In this document: positions 50,572 through 61,017 of the stretch, piece after piece
How the letters are laid out: each line of letters opens with the position of its first letter
Position numbering within the stretch: position 1 is the first letter of the stretch
Assembly (NCBI GenBank): GCA_036679605.1
Contig: JAZDCZ010000409.1
Span: 54,560-118,559 of the forward strand
Direction of reading: 5' to 3'
Length of the DNA stretch: 64,000 nt
Source of the DNA: Gemmatimonadota bacterium
GTDB lineage: Bacteria; Gemmatimonadota; Gemmatimonadetes; Gemmatimonadales; GWC2-71-9
Notes under the pieces: generated by a model
Told to the model about the DNA's origin: nothing
Databases searched by the model: none
Seen by the model: only the letters and a program-made list of their open reading frames with translations
Made by a program: the position numbers and the translations under genes

Positions 50572-51927
50572 CTACTCCCGTTCCAGGCCGTACCGCTCGA
50601 TCTTCTTGTACAAGTTACTGCGGGGCATTGATAGCTGACGCGCCGTCTCACTCACGTTCCAGCCGTTTTCCGTCAACTTCACCTTGAGAAACGCCCTCTC
50701 AGCGTCTCGCTTGAACGACTCGAAGGTCTCGCACATCATGAGATCACCGAGTGATGAATCATGAGTACCTCCTCCGAGGCGGGCGACGTCCGCTGCACAA
50801 ATAGCTTCGCCAGGAGAAAGGATCAGCAACCGCTCGACCGCATTCCGCAACTCTCTGACGTTACCTGCCCAATCGCGTGAAGCCAGCGCTTCGAGCGCGT
50901 CGGGGTGGAATTGCTTCGGCGCGAATCCCGGACCCGCCGTCAGATCGGCCGAGAATTTTTCCACCAAAGCAGGTATGTCGTCACGCCTGCTCCGAAGCGG
51001 TGGCACCTCCACCGGAACAACGTTCAACCTATAGAAAAGATCCTCACGAAACCGACCAGCGGAGATCTCGTCGTCCAACGACTTGTTGGTCGCAGCAACG
51101 ACGCGCACATCAACATTGATTTGCTTGGACGCGCCAATCCGCGTCACTACTCCTTCCTCCAGCGCTCGAAGGACCTTGGCTTGGGCTGCGCTGCTCATGT
51201 CTCCAACTTCATCGAGGAACAGAGTCCCTCCGTCGGCCAGCTCAAATTTGCCCGGCCGATCGGCGAATGCTCCGGTGAACGAGCCCTTCACGTGACCAAA
51301 GAGTTCGCTCTCGATCAATTCTCCTGGGATCGCCGCGCAGTTCACCTCTACAAACGGTTTATCCGCTCGCGGTGAACCCCTGTGGATCGCTCGCGCAACA
51401 AGCTCCTTTCCACTGCCGTTCTCGCCGGTGATCAGTACTCTGGCTGGAGTCAAAGCAACCTTGGCTATCACATCGAGCACTTCCTGAATCACACGACTGG
51501 AACCCACGATCTCATAGCGATCGCTCACACCCTCACGGAGACGGCGGTTCTCAGAGGAAAGGTCTACATGGTCGAGGGAGTGGCGCAGGGTAAGGAGTAT
51601 ACGGTCGGTATCCAACGGTTTTTCGAGAAAGTCGTAGGCGCCGAGTTGTGTAGCCTCAACCGCGGTCTGAATAGTGCCATGACCTGAGATCATGACGACG
51701 TGCAGATTATTGTCCATCTCCTTCAGCTGCGAAAGAGTCTGGAGCCCGTCCATGCCGGCCATCTTCACGTCCAAGAAAACAAGGTGAGGGTGAAACTCGG
51801 TCACGACCTTGATGCCCTCATCTCCGGAGGCAGCAGTTCGGACCTCGATGCCCTCGTACTCGAGAGTCTGCAGCAACGCATTGCGGACCCCCTTCTCGTC
51901 GTCTATAACCAACACTCGCTTCGCCAT
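50572..51927 (-). CDS. Sigma54-dependent response regulator (NtrC/NtrX family)
   Basis: REC (VIDDE, LDVKM, SGHG, EKP), AAA+ ([25 protein letters not shown]), Fis-type HTH. Confidence 0.95.
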   Translation of the reverse strand: MAKRVLVIDDEKGVRNALLQTLEYEGIEVRTAASGDEGIKVVTEFHPHLVFLDVKMAGMDGLQTLSQLKEMDNNLHVVMISGHGTIQTAVEATQLGAYDFLEKPLDTDRILLTLRHSLDHVDLSSENRRLREGVSDRYEIVGSSRVIQEVLDVIAKVALTPARVLITGENGSGKELVARAIHRGSPRADKPFVEVNCAAIPGELIESELFGHVKGSFTGAFADRPGKFELADGGTLFLDEVGDMSSAAQAKVLRALEEGVVTRIGASKQINVDVRVVAATNKSLDDEISAGRFREDLFYRLNVVPVEVPPLRSRRDDIPALVEKFSADLTAGPGFAPKQFHPDALEALASRDWAGNVRELRNAVERLLILSPGEAICAADVARLGGGTHDSSLGDLMMCETFESFKRDAERAFLKVKLTENGWNVSETARQLSMPRSNLYKKIERYGLERE

Positions 51928-52580
51928 CAGCGGTTTCGCCGCGAGAACGTTATGCCCGCCGGTCTGACCGTGAGATCCAGAACCGATGGGGGTATAGTCA
52001 TCAAAATCACTCCGCCCGGACTCCCCGTGAGATGTTTGACCAAAAGTGGAACGGACGCCTGCGGAAACGGAAACGAACTCACAACGAACTCGTCGATGCT
52101 CCAAGAGATGACGCCCGGCTCCCGCATTTCTGCCACTCCGGACAACCAGAGCGGCTCGCGTGGATTCAAAATACCCCGCAGCGGCCCCAGAAGGTCGCCT
52201 CCGAACGGACCCGTCAACAGCACCGCCACCAGCGTCAGCGTATCACGCCCCAACCTGACACCAATCGAGTCTAGCACTAGACGGACACCCGGATCCAATC
52301 TGTCGCGGACCACAGAGGCCATCTCCGCAGCAGAGAGCACGACGTCGTCAGGTCCCCCCTTCTCCGCAATGGATCTCTCTTTCGCAAGTGCAGTCTCGAG
52401 ATCTTTGGGAGAATAGTATCCGACCTCGGAGTTCGTCGAATCGCCAGCCAGCTGATCGCGCCCGATCGCGTGGTACGCCTTGTCGATCCGCTCCCTAAAA
52501 TGCCATACACCAAAGCCGGCGGCGCCGAGAGTAACGACGACGCCAAGCCCGGCGAATGCGTTCCTAAGACAGCCGGTCAT
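51927..52580 (-). CDS. Hypothetical membrane-anchored protein
   Basis: N-terminal GC plus TM helix; overlaps both neighbours. Confidence 0.7.
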   Translation of the reverse strand: MTGCLRNAFAGLGVVVTLGAAGFGVWHFRERIDKAYHAIGRDQLAGDSTNSEVGYYSPKDLETALAKERSIAEKGGPDDVVLSAAEMASVVRDRLDPGVRLVLDSIGVRLGRDTLTLVAVLLTGPFGGDLLGPLRGILNPREPLWLSGVAEMREPGVISWSIDEFVVSSFPFPQASVPLLVKHLTGSPGGVILMTIPPSVLDLTVRPAGITFSRRNR

Positions 52581-53137
52581 TGAGCCAGCTTCGCGGAGTG
52601 GCGTCTCGTGTAGCGAGCAGCGGAGCTTCCTAATTCACTTCGCATCAGATCCACCGACTGCACCGCGAATTCGGACGAGCACTCGATTTGCCCCAGCCAA
52701 TCGCCGAGCCCCTTGAGGTCGGATGCTCTCACTCCCCGTCTTACGCGGCCCAGGGTAATATGAGGGCGAAATGCTCGCGCCTCCGGAGCGAAACCCAGCG
52801 TCTCCATTTGACGCTCCAACCGCTGCTGAATCAGTTCCAATGGCGGCACCGCTTTGCAACCAACCAAAATGACTCGTGGTCTACTGGGGTTGGGAAACAC
52901 GCCCAAAGTCTCTATAGGAAGCAGAAACGGCTTTGAAGTCGTCACAGCCGCGTCTACAGCGGCAATCATGGCCGGTTCCCGCTCGTCCTGAACATCACCG
53001 AGGAACTTGAGAGTCATATGCAGAGATTCTGCGCCTACCCAGCGAATGCGGTACCCCTCGCACCTTAGAGGCTCTGAGCACCTCCACAGCCGTTTGCGAA
53101 TGTCGGAGGGGAGATTGACGGCCACGAACAAGCGCAC
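52577..53137 (-). CDS. thpR: RNA 2',3'-cyclic phosphodiesterase
   Basis: MRLFVA, HMTLKFLG, PHITLGR. Confidence 0.95.
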   Translation of the reverse strand: MRLFVAVNLPSDIRKRLWRCSEPLRCEGYRIRWVGAESLHMTLKFLGDVQDEREPAMIAAVDAAVTTSKPFLLPIETLGVFPNPSRPRVILVGCKAVPPLELIQQRLERQMETLGFAPEARAFRPHITLGRVRRGVRASDLKGLGDWLGQIECSSEFAVQSVDLMRSELGSSAARYTRRHSAKLAQ

Positions 53138-53208
53138 CAGCTAACATCGACTCCAGGCTAGAACAAGTGCACGCGAACGGGGAGACGGCATCACTTCTAT
53201 CGGTTACG

Positions 53209-54372
53209 TTAGCAGCAAGAATCGTCGCTGCATGCGGGGCCCGCGGCCTCCGTTGTGGCATCATACTCCTGCCCCTTCGACTCCCGTGGATCTCGTGGTG
53301 ATGTACGGGTGCAGTCGAACGGTCGCTGATGCGCCGGATCAATCGGAGTCAGTGGCAAGACCGCGTCGAACTCTCCGGCGTAAGGTTCACCCGTCAGGAT
53401 CGCAAACGTCTTCTCGCACACTGCAGCCCGCTCGCCACGCCGGAACAGATGCCCGTCATCGTCCGCCACCTCTCTCCAGGGACCCCTATAAATGAGAGCC
53501 TTGTTGGTCTCGATACAGGGTCCTTCTTTCCCCCTGTAAGCCCGCAGCGTGACGGACCGAAACTCGATGCCTTCCACGGTCCGCCAGGGCTGCTCGGTTC
53601 GGTCTAGAATCTCCACTCCGTAAAAACCCGCCCGCTCGAAGGCTTCGATGAATCCCTGTTCTGTCATCGCGCCGGAAATGCAACCGGACCAGAGTTCCGG
53701 ATCAGACTTAAGGTGGTCGGGCACCGGTTCGTCAGAGACGATATCAGAGATCACAGCGCGGCCACCACGCTTGAGGACTCTGAAGATCTCCGCGAAAAGC
53801 AGAGGCTTCTGTCCTCCTTCTACTAGATTGAGGACGCAGTTGGAGACTACCACGTCTACCGACTGGTCGGCGACGAGCGGCTGCTCCCGTCTCATTCGGC
53901 TTTGTTCGGCTTCGAGCGTCACTAAATCGTCCGGGGTCCGCACAGGGCGATCTGCAAGCCATTCACCCAATGCATCAAGATCGAGCTTCAGATCTTGGAT
54001 CCTCGCGCGCCGGAACTCGACATTGTCCCATCCCACGCGTTCTGCGACCTCGGCCTGGTAATCGCGAGCGAGATTTAACATGTCCTGGTTCATATCGACG
54101 CCGATCACCCGACCCTCCGGACCGACGATCTGGCTCGCGATATAGCAGATCTTGCCGCCGCCCGAGCCCAGATCCAGAACCGTCTCGCCTCGGCGTAGAT
54201 GGCGACTGGGATCACCACATCCGTAGTCCCGACGGATGATCTCATCCGGAATCACAGCGAGACACTCCGGATCGTAGTCCACCGCGCAGCAAAGCTCGGC
54301 GACGGTGGATTTGGCACCCTTACTGTACCTGTCTATTACCGCCTGCTCCACTTCATTTATAACGCTAGTCAT
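53209..54372 (-). CDS. ArsM/AS3MT-like SAM-dependent methyltransferase
   Basis: LCC, YGCGDP, LDLGSGGG, SNCVLNL, WSGCISGA; Cys-rich C-terminal extension. Confidence 0.8.
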   Translation of the reverse strand: MTSVINEVEQAVIDRYSKGAKSTVAELCCAVDYDPECLAVIPDEIIRRDYGCGDPSRHLRRGETVLDLGSGGGKICYIASQIVGPEGRVIGVDMNQDMLNLARDYQAEVAERVGWDNVEFRRARIQDLKLDLDALGEWLADRPVRTPDDLVTLEAEQSRMRREQPLVADQSVDVVVSNCVLNLVEGGQKPLLFAEIFRVLKRGGRAVISDIVSDEPVPDHLKSDPELWSGCISGAMTEQGFIEAFERAGFYGVEILDRTEQPWRTVEGIEFRSVTLRAYRGKEGPCIETNKALIYRGPWREVADDDGHLFRRGERAAVCEKTFAILTGEPYAGEFDAVLPLTPIDPAHQRPFDCTRTSPRDPRESKGQEYDATTEAAGPACSDDSCC

Positions 54373-54542
54373 CAGTTCTCCGGTTTATTGCGGAACCTGT
54401 TCTCGATTTGTGCACTAAAACTACTATCCCAAGGCTGGGCCAATGGTCTTAGTTCCCTTCCGGCAACCTGCTCCGGCTTTCGCCGGACAAAAGGATGGAA
54501 CTCACGCCGCAGCCCTGTCCTTACAAGATGTAAGGAGACCCA

Positions 54543-55658
54543 ATGAAAACTACAACCATCGCAACGACGGCGGCCGCGCTGGCCCTGCTGGCCGTGAATC
54601 CTAATGAAGCGGCTGCCCAGTTCAGCGGTAGGTGGAAAACCGACTTCTCGAACCACACGGTGCCGCTGGATGAGATATCGTCGGGAGGCCCAGCTAAAGA
54701 CGGAATTCCCGCCATAGACCACCCGCGGTTCGAGACCGTCCAACAGGCAGACCGCTGGCTAAACGATCGCGAACCGGTGGTGCTCGTCAACATCGGAAAT
54801 GTGGCCAAGGCCTACCCGTTGCAAATCTTGATCTGGCACGAGATCGTGAACGATGAGGTCGGAGATACGCCCGTCTCGGTTACCTTCTGCCCGCTTTGCA
54901 ATACCGCCCTGTCGTTCGATAGACGATTCGATGGCCAAGTGCTCGATTTTGGCACGACTGGTCGCCTCAGACATTCGGATCTCGTGATGTACGACCGGCA
55001 AACGGAGACCTGGTGGCAACAGGCTACTGGAGAGGGCATCATCGGAAAATACGCCGGTCGTAGGCTCGAGTTCATCAGCTCTCCGCTGATCAGTTGGGGG
55101 ACATTCAAAGAGCAGTTCAGTGACGGCCACGTGCTTTCTCGCGAGACCGGCCACCGTCGTTCGTACGGTCAGAACCCCTATGCGGGATATGACAACCCCA
55201 GGGGCAGACCGTTCAGACGTTTCTTTGGCGCCAAGGTCGACAAGCGTCTGAGCGCCATGGAGCGAGTGGTGGCACTGGAGCTGGGTGAAGAAGTCCGAGC
55301 CTATCCGTTCTCGTCGCTGAAGAAGAAGCGCGTAGTAGCTGACAAGGTCGCCGGTCGAGACATCGTGGTCTTTTGGTCGCCCGGAACGGCCAGCGCGCTG
55401 GACAATCGAAACATCTCCAGGGGTCGTGACGTCGGCTCCAGCGGAGTATTCGACCGCCACCTCGGTGACCGCCTCCTCAGCTTTGAGTCCGGCGCGGACG
55501 GCCAGTTCCAAGACAAAGAGACCAAGAGCACTTGGAACATCCTGGGACGCGCTGTCGCTGGTCCATTGACTGGGCAAGCTCTCACCCCTATACAACATGG
55601 CAACCATTTCTGGTTCGCCTGGGGAGTCTTCAAGCCCAACACCAAGGTTGTTCAATAG
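54543..55658 (+). CDS. DUF3179 domain protein (secreted, CxxC)
   Basis: GGPAKDGIPAID, HEIVND, FCPLCNT, MYDRQTETWW, FWFAW. Confidence 0.9.
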   Translation: MKTTTIATTAAALALLAVNPNEAAAQFSGRWKTDFSNHTVPLDEISSGGPAKDGIPAIDHPRFETVQQADRWLNDREPVVLVNIGNVAKAYPLQILIWHEIVNDEVGDTPVSVTFCPLCNTALSFDRRFDGQVLDFGTTGRLRHSDLVMYDRQTETWWQQATGEGIIGKYAGRRLEFISSPLISWGTFKEQFSDGHVLSRETGHRRSYGQNPYAGYDNPRGRPFRRFFGAKVDKRLSAMERVVALELGEEVRAYPFSSLKKKRVVADKVAGRDIVVFWSPGTASALDNRNISRGRDVGSSGVFDRHLGDRLLSFESGADGQFQDKETKSTWNILGRAVAGPLTGQALTPIQHGNHFWFAWGVFKPNTKVVQ

Positions 55659-55667
55659 GAGCATGCA

Positions 55668-56111
55668 ATGACCGCAGCCGTTCAACCCGATCAACGCAAG
55701 ATTGCGCTGGCTCTTTCCATCCTTCGGATCAGCCTGGGGGTATTCCTACTTATCTGGTCGCTGGAGAAGTTCTTCTTGCCGCAGTCGACCGTCGGAATCT
55801 GGAAAGGGTTCTACCTGATCTCGATCGGTGAATCGATGCCCTACATCATCGGAACGCTCGAGACCATTCTCTCAATTGCCATCATCGTCGGCTTCATGCG
55901 CACCTGGTCCTACGGGCTCGGCCTCGCGATCAACTTGGTATCCGTACTGTCGACTTGGAAACGGCTGATCGATCCATGGGGCTTGATCTTCGAAACCCGA
56001 AACAACCACCTGTTTCTAGCGGGCATCCCCCTGGTAGCGGGATTCATTGTGCTGTTCATGCTGCGGGACGCTGATATCTGGACGGTAGACGGCAGAAGAA
56101 CGCCATCGTAG
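55668..56111 (+). CDS. DoxX-family membrane protein
   Basis: LRISLGVFLLIW..EKF, E...G, four TM helices. Confidence 0.75.
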   Translation: MTAAVQPDQRKIALALSILRISLGVFLLIWSLEKFFLPQSTVGIWKGFYLISIGESMPYIIGTLETILSIAIIVGFMRTWSYGLGLAINLVSVLSTWKRLIDPWGLIFETRNNHLFLAGIPLVAGFIVLFMLRDADIWTVDGRRTPS

Positions 56112-56131
56112 GGGCGATGCACGCGTCGTCG

Positions 56132-56914
56132 CTACGACGCTTTCTTCTCTCCCAAACTAGCCTTTAGCGCGGCCATCAAGTCGATAATCTGAGTCTTGGG
56201 TTCCTCGGCGGCCGCCACGGTAATTTCCTCGCCGTCCACCTTCTGCTGGATCAACTCCAGCATCCGCGCACGAACCTCGTCCGTGTAGTTCTCCGGGTGA
56301 AACTCGTCGCTCGATGCCTGTTCGATGAGTTGGAGCGCCAGTTTGAGTTCGTCCTCCTTGACCTCGCCGTCTCCTAACGGCACCTCCGAGAACTGCTTTA
56401 CCTCGTCGGGATAGAGCAGCTGTTCCAGAACTAGTCCGTCATCCTTGGGACGCACGATCACTAGGTACTGCTTGCCGCGTGCTGCGTACTTCGCTATGGC
56501 AACACGGTTCGTCTGCTTGAGAGCCGCCGAGAGCAGCCGGTACGCCCGTTCACCACCCTTGTCAGGGCCGAGGTAATAAACCTTGTCGAGATATATCCGA
56601 TCTACCAGATCGGCTGGAACGAACTCCGTGATATCGACAGAGTGGGTGGCCTGTTCTTCGAGCGCTTTCAACTCTTCCGCCGTAAACACTACGTATTGGC
56701 CCTTCGTGAACTCGTAACCCTTTACGAAGTCGACGCGCTCTACCTTCTCGTTCTCCTTGGGACAGATGTACTGTTGCTTGAGACGGGTGCCGCAGTCCTT
56801 GTGGAGCAAGTTGAAGGAGACCTTACGTCCGGACTCTCCGGCCGAATACAGTTTGACCGGTACGGATACCAACCCGAACGATATGGTGGCGGCGGAGATT
56901 GGACGTGCGCTCAT
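56132..56914 (-). CDS. ku: NHEJ DNA end-binding protein Ku
   Basis: ISFGLVSVPVKLY, KGYE, YYLGPD, AYRLL, IDLMAALKASL. Confidence 0.97.
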   Translation of the reverse strand: MSARPISAATISFGLVSVPVKLYSAGESGRKVSFNLLHKDCGTRLKQQYICPKENEKVERVDFVKGYEFTKGQYVVFTAEELKALEEQATHSVDITEFVPADLVDRIYLDKVYYLGPDKGGERAYRLLSAALKQTNRVAIAKYAARGKQYLVIVRPKDDGLVLEQLLYPDEVKQFSEVPLGDGEVKEDELKLALQLIEQASSDEFHPENYTDEVRARMLELIQQKVDGEEITVAAAEEPKTQIIDLMAALKASLGEKKAS

Positions 56915-56941
56915 AGGGGAAATGAATATACTCTTAGCCCG

Positions 56942-59449
56942 ATGAGTGCAAAGGTTAGGCAAGATTCAGACAAGCTAAGTGCTTATAGGACAAAGAGATC
57001 CGCGGAGCGCACACCGGAGCCGTTTGGCACCTCAGCCGCCGAAGGTGGTCGCATGTTCGTGGTTCAGCAACACACAGCACGCCGCGTGCACTACGATCTG
57101 AGGCTCGAAATGAACGGCGTGCTGGTATCCTGGGCCGTACCCAAGGGTCCGTCACCGAATCCGGCCGACAAGCGTCTGGCGGTACATACCGAAGACCATC
57201 CGCTCGAGTACGGCAACTTCGAGGGAATAATCCCCGAGGGAAACTACGGCGCCGGCGCTGTGATCGTGTGGGACCAGGGTACCTGGGTCGCCATCGAGGA
57301 TCCGGACGAGGGACTGGAAAAGGGTAAGCTCCTGTTCGAGCTGCGAGGCTACAAGCTTCACGGCATTTGGACACTCGTCAAAACGAAACAAGACTGGCTT
57401 CTGATAAAGGAGCGCGACGGGTACGCTTCGGAGAACGGGACCGATTCGCTACCGTCCGACTCCATATTCTCTGGGCTCACCGTCAATGAGTTGAAAGATG
57501 GCAGCGATCCTGGGCAGTCGATTTGCAATGAACTCGAGGCGCTGAACGCGCCCCGAAAGCCCGTTGCCGCAGCAGACCTCCGCGTCATGCTGGCAGAGTC
57601 TCGTAACGAGCCTTTCACCGACGCCGAGTGGATCTTCGAACTCAAGTATGATGGCTACCGCCTGCTAACCGGACGGGAGAACGGTCAGACAAAACTACTA
57701 TCTCGTGCGGGCAACGACCTGACGGCGACCTTCCCCGATGTGGCCAGAGCGATCGACTCCCTGCCCTTCGATGACTTCGTGGTGGACGGTGAAGTGGTGG
57801 TACATGACGAACAAGGCATCCCCAACTTCCAGAGGCTACAGAGGCGCGGCCGGCTGTCGCGACGATTGGACATCCAACGCGCTACTGTTGAGCTGCCCGC
57901 CACTCTATACGTGTTCGACCTGATTGCGTTCGGGCCGTACGATCTGAGGTCCCTTCCCATAGAGACGCGGAAATCGATCTTACGGAACGTGCTTCCGTCT
58001 GTGGGCCCACTGCGTTACTCCGACCATATCACGGAGCAAGGTGCGGCGATGTTCGAGCAGGTATCACACATGGGACTCGAGGGTGTTGTAGCCAAGAAGC
58101 TCGGATCAACATACGAGTCGGGTCGCTCACCCAACTGGCTCAAGATCCGCGCTGATCGAACAGACGACTTCGTGATCGTCGGGTTCACCAAACGAAAAGG
58201 AACAGATCAAGGCTTCGGAGCGCTCCATCTAGCACATTACGACGAAGGCACACTCAAATACGTCGGGCGCGTGGGAACCGGTTTCACGGGCAGTCAACTC
58301 GACGATCTCCGTGCGCAGTTGGACGAACTGCGCAGAGATAACAACCCGTGCACGGGTGATGTGCCGACCGGCGAGGGACACTATTGGGTCGAGCCGGAAC
58401 TCGTTTGCGAGGTCCGATTCAGGGAGATCACCGAACAGCACCTGTTGCGACACCCCGCGTTTCTCCGCATGCGAGATGACAAACCGCCCGAGGAGTGTCA
58501 GTGGATCGAACAGACGGCGGTGCTTGTCGATCCTGTACGGGTGGAGGACTCGACCGACGAGCGCGTCGTTCCGTTCACGAACCTCGAGAAAACGTTCTGG
58601 CCGGAGGAAGGATACTCGAAGGGAGATCTCATAGACTACTACCGGGCTGTGTCCGGCTGGATCCTGCCGTACTTGAGAGACCGTGCGGTTGTGATGACGC
58701 GATTCCCTGATGGCATAGACGGGAAATCGTTCTTTCAAAAGGACGCTCCCAAGTTCGCACCCGATTGGATTCGCCGCATCAGACTTTGGAGTGATGGGTC
58801 CGAACGGGAACTCGACTATTTCGTGGCTGAAGACGTGGAGTCACTCCTCTACATAATCAACCTCGGCACTATCCCGCTTCACGTTTGGTCCAGCCGAGTG
58901 GAAACTCTAGAGCAACCCGACTGGTGCATTCTCGATCTGGATCCCAAGGAGGCACCGTTTACCGACGTCGTCACCATCGCGCTGGCGGTACGTCGTCTGT
59001 GCGATGCGATTGACTTGCCGTCGTTCGTCAAGACAAGCGGTTCGACCGGCCTGCACGTCCTCGTTCCGCTGGGACGCCAGTGCACTTACGAGCAGTCGAG
59101 GGCTCTGGCACAACTGCTCGCCCGGGTCATCGCAGCAGAACTTCCAGAGTTAGCCACAATCACCCGTAACCCTGCAAAGCGCTCCGGCAAGGTATACATC
59201 GACTATGTCCAGAACGGCCACGGACGCCTCTTGGTATCACCGTTCTGCGTTCGGCCGTTAGCAGGTGCGCCCGTCTCAGCCCCGCTCGATTGGAGCGAGG
59301 TAAACGACAAGCTATGTCTCCTTGACTACACGATCGAGACGGTACCAAACCGGATGCTTCAACTGGGAGAGGATCCGTTTGTACAGATCCTGGAACTCAA
59401 GCCCGATCTACAACACGCCCTGGAACTCCTGATGCAGCGCGTTGAGTGA
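56942..59449 (+). CDS. ligD: DNA ligase D (phosphoesterase-ligase-polymerase)
   Basis: HYDLRLE/SWAVPKGP, ELKYDGYR, EGVVAK, DLDP, KTSG..GLH, IDYVQN. Confidence 0.97.
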   Translation: MSAKVRQDSDKLSAYRTKRSAERTPEPFGTSAAEGGRMFVVQQHTARRVHYDLRLEMNGVLVSWAVPKGPSPNPADKRLAVHTEDHPLEYGNFEGIIPEGNYGAGAVIVWDQGTWVAIEDPDEGLEKGKLLFELRGYKLHGIWTLVKTKQDWLLIKERDGYASENGTDSLPSDSIFSGLTVNELKDGSDPGQSICNELEALNAPRKPVAAADLRVMLAESRNEPFTDAEWIFELKYDGYRLLTGRENGQTKLLSRAGNDLTATFPDVARAIDSLPFDDFVVDGEVVVHDEQGIPNFQRLQRRGRLSRRLDIQRATVELPATLYVFDLIAFGPYDLRSLPIETRKSILRNVLPSVGPLRYSDHITEQGAAMFEQVSHMGLEGVVAKKLGSTYESGRSPNWLKIRADRTDDFVIVGFTKRKGTDQGFGALHLAHYDEGTLKYVGRVGTGFTGSQLDDLRAQLDELRRDNNPCTGDVPTGEGHYWVEPELVCEVRFREITEQHLLRHPAFLRMRDDKPPEECQWIEQTAVLVDPVRVEDSTDERVVPFTNLEKTFWPEEGYSKGDLIDYYRAVSGWILPYLRDRAVVMTRFPDGIDGKSFFQKDAPKFAPDWIRRIRLWSDGSERELDYFVAEDVESLLYIINLGTIPLHVWSSRVETLEQPDWCILDLDPKEAPFTDVVTIALAVRRLCDAIDLPSFVKTSGSTGLHVLVPLGRQCTYEQSRALAQLLARVIAAELPELATITRNPAKRSGKVYIDYVQNGHGRLLVSPFCVRPLAGAPVSAPLDWSEVNDKLCLLDYTIETVPNRMLQLGEDPFVQILELKPDLQHALELLMQRVE

Positions 59450-59500
59450 ACGAGCTGCTTCGAGACCCGCTGAAGATCCTCGAATGATGTGTCCGATGTC

Positions 59501-59899
59501 TCACGCCATCCAATCCTCCACGGTCAACCCAGGCACCCGGTTGAACTCCGCCGTGTTGCTGGTGACCACTGTCATTCGGTTAGCGAGCGCGATGCCGGCG
59601 ATCATCAGGTCGCGATCACCGACGGGTTGGCCCAGGTTTGCCAGATGAGCGCGTGCGGCGGCGTAGTGGTCGGCGGCGTCGGCGTCGAAATCCAAGATCC
59701 TGAATGGGGCCAACGCTAGATCCTGCTCGGACCGCGATCTTTGGGGTCGCCGGCTTCGGGCCGCGCCATACCACATCTCGGCCAGCGTGATTGTCGAAAC
59801 CGTGATTGACGCGGGGCCGCTTGCCCGGACGCGTGCCGTCAAGGGCTCGTGCAGCTTCATCAGGTGGATGATCGCGTTGGTGTCGAGCAGGTAGCTCAC
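59501..59899 (-). CDS. vapC: VapC PIN-domain toxin
   Basis: YLLDTN, EMWYG, DLMIA, VTSN..EF.RV.GL..EDW. Confidence 0.96.
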   Translation of the reverse strand: MSYLLDTNAIIHLMKLHEPLTARVRASGPASITVSTITLAEMWYGAARSRRPQRSRSEQDLALAPFRILDFDADAADHYAAARAHLANLGQPVGDRDLMIAGIALANRMTVVTSNTAEFNRVPGLTVEDWMA

Positions 59900-60156
59900 G
59901 TCTGGTCGGCGGGGATCTCGTCCAGCAAGGGCTGCATCGGGCCCACCTCGAACTCGAGATGCATTTCCCTGAGCCGTGTCCAGTATCCGCGCGGCCAGGA
60001 ATCTCGTTTTATGGGCTCAAGAATGACCGCGTTACCTTCCCGACGGATGGAGACCTCATCGCCGGAAAACCGGAACTCCTGCGGCAATCGCACGGCCTGC
60101 GAGCGACCGTTTTTGAAAATCTTGGCCCGTTTCGGGCCTCCTGAAGCCAAAGGCAT
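59896..60156 (-). CDS. vapB: VapB antitoxin (AbrB fold)
   Basis: [19 protein letters not shown]; overlaps vapC; GGAGG SD upstream. Confidence 0.95.
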   Translation of the reverse strand: MPLASGGPKRAKIFKNGRSQAVRLPQEFRFSGDEVSIRREGNAVILEPIKRDSWPRGYWTRLREMHLEFEVGPMQPLLDEIPADQT

Positions 60157-60339
60157 CCTGATCTTCCTCCGATAGATAGCGGTATATACCATCAAGTGCT
60201 CCGACAAGCAAATCGGCAACATGATCGGGCAACCTACATGCATTACGACGTAATACTCGCTTACTTGATCGCGCTGCGAGTACGTACTATCTTTGGTAAG
60301 GACAGTACTTACATAAGTAAGAACAAGAGGGGTAGCGGG

Positions 60340-60561
60340 ATGAGACTAAAACTAAGCAAGATGGGAAATTCCGTCGGGATGGTCTTGCCCAAGAAAGTGC
60401 GGGACAAGATGAACGTCGCCAGTGGCGATGTCGTCTACCTGACCGAGACTCCTGAAGGGTATAAGATCACGCCCTATGACTCTGAATTTGCCAAACAGAT
60501 GGACCTGGCGCGCAGAGTGATGAAGAAACGGCGGGCGGTTCTGCGTGAACTCGCCAAGTGA
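60340..60561 (+). CDS. AbrB/MazE-family antitoxin
   Basis: [31 protein letters not shown]. Confidence 0.92.
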   Translation: MRLKLSKMGNSVGMVLPKKVRDKMNVASGDVVYLTETPEGYKITPYDSEFAKQMDLARRVMKKRRAVLRELAK

Positions 60562-60949
60562 AGAGTTCGTTTGGGTGCAGAGCGAGATCGTGCTGGCCAT
60601 TCACGAGGAACAGCTAGCCGAACACGGGGGCCTTGCGGGCGTAAGAGATGGGGGCATGCTCGAGTCCGCTCTGGCCCGGCCACGACACATGGTCGTCCAT
60701 AAAGACCGCGCCGACGTCGCAAGGCCGGCGGCGGCCTATGCGTTTGGAATAGCCAGGAACCATCCATTTGCGGATGGGAACAAACGCACCGCACTTGTGA
60801 CCGCAGAACTATTTTTAGAACTGAACGGCTACGAGTTGCTCGCATCCGACGGCGATTGCGTGCTCACGATGTTGGGTGTGGCGGACGGTACGCTGTCGGA
60901 AGAAGACCTGATCGAGTGGTTTCGAGCAAGCGTCAGGACGTGCCGGTAA
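60545..60949 (+). CDS. doc: Doc (death-on-curing) Fic-fold toxin
   Basis: IHEEQLAEHGG, LESALARP, HPFADGNKRTA. Confidence 0.94.
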   Translation: MNSPSEEFVWVQSEIVLAIHEEQLAEHGGLAGVRDGGMLESALARPRHMVVHKDRADVARPAAAYAFGIARNHPFADGNKRTALVTAELFLELNGYELLASDGDCVLTMLGVADGTLSEEDLIEWFRASVRTCR

Positions 60950-61017
60950 TGATAGTGGGGAAGCTGCCGTGTCGGCCGAAACCTTCTCAGCCGTACCAAC
61001 GCCGAGTGGATGTGGAC

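Noticed and set aside
51927..52104. N-terminal extensions in the ORF track (NtrC-type regulator, ligD, rpsF, rplI, mlaF and others)
   Set aside because: They overlap neighbouring genes; downstream starts fit the family N-termini and SD or stop-start coupling.
54421..54500. SAM-I riboswitch (ATCC...CGGCAACC...GATG)
   Set aside because: The GGTGC partner strand and GAGGGA kink-turn elements are absent.
54543..55658. Selenocysteine in DUF3179 or the thioredoxin-fold proteins
   Set aside because: All CxxC motifs use Cys codons and no in-frame TGA was seen.
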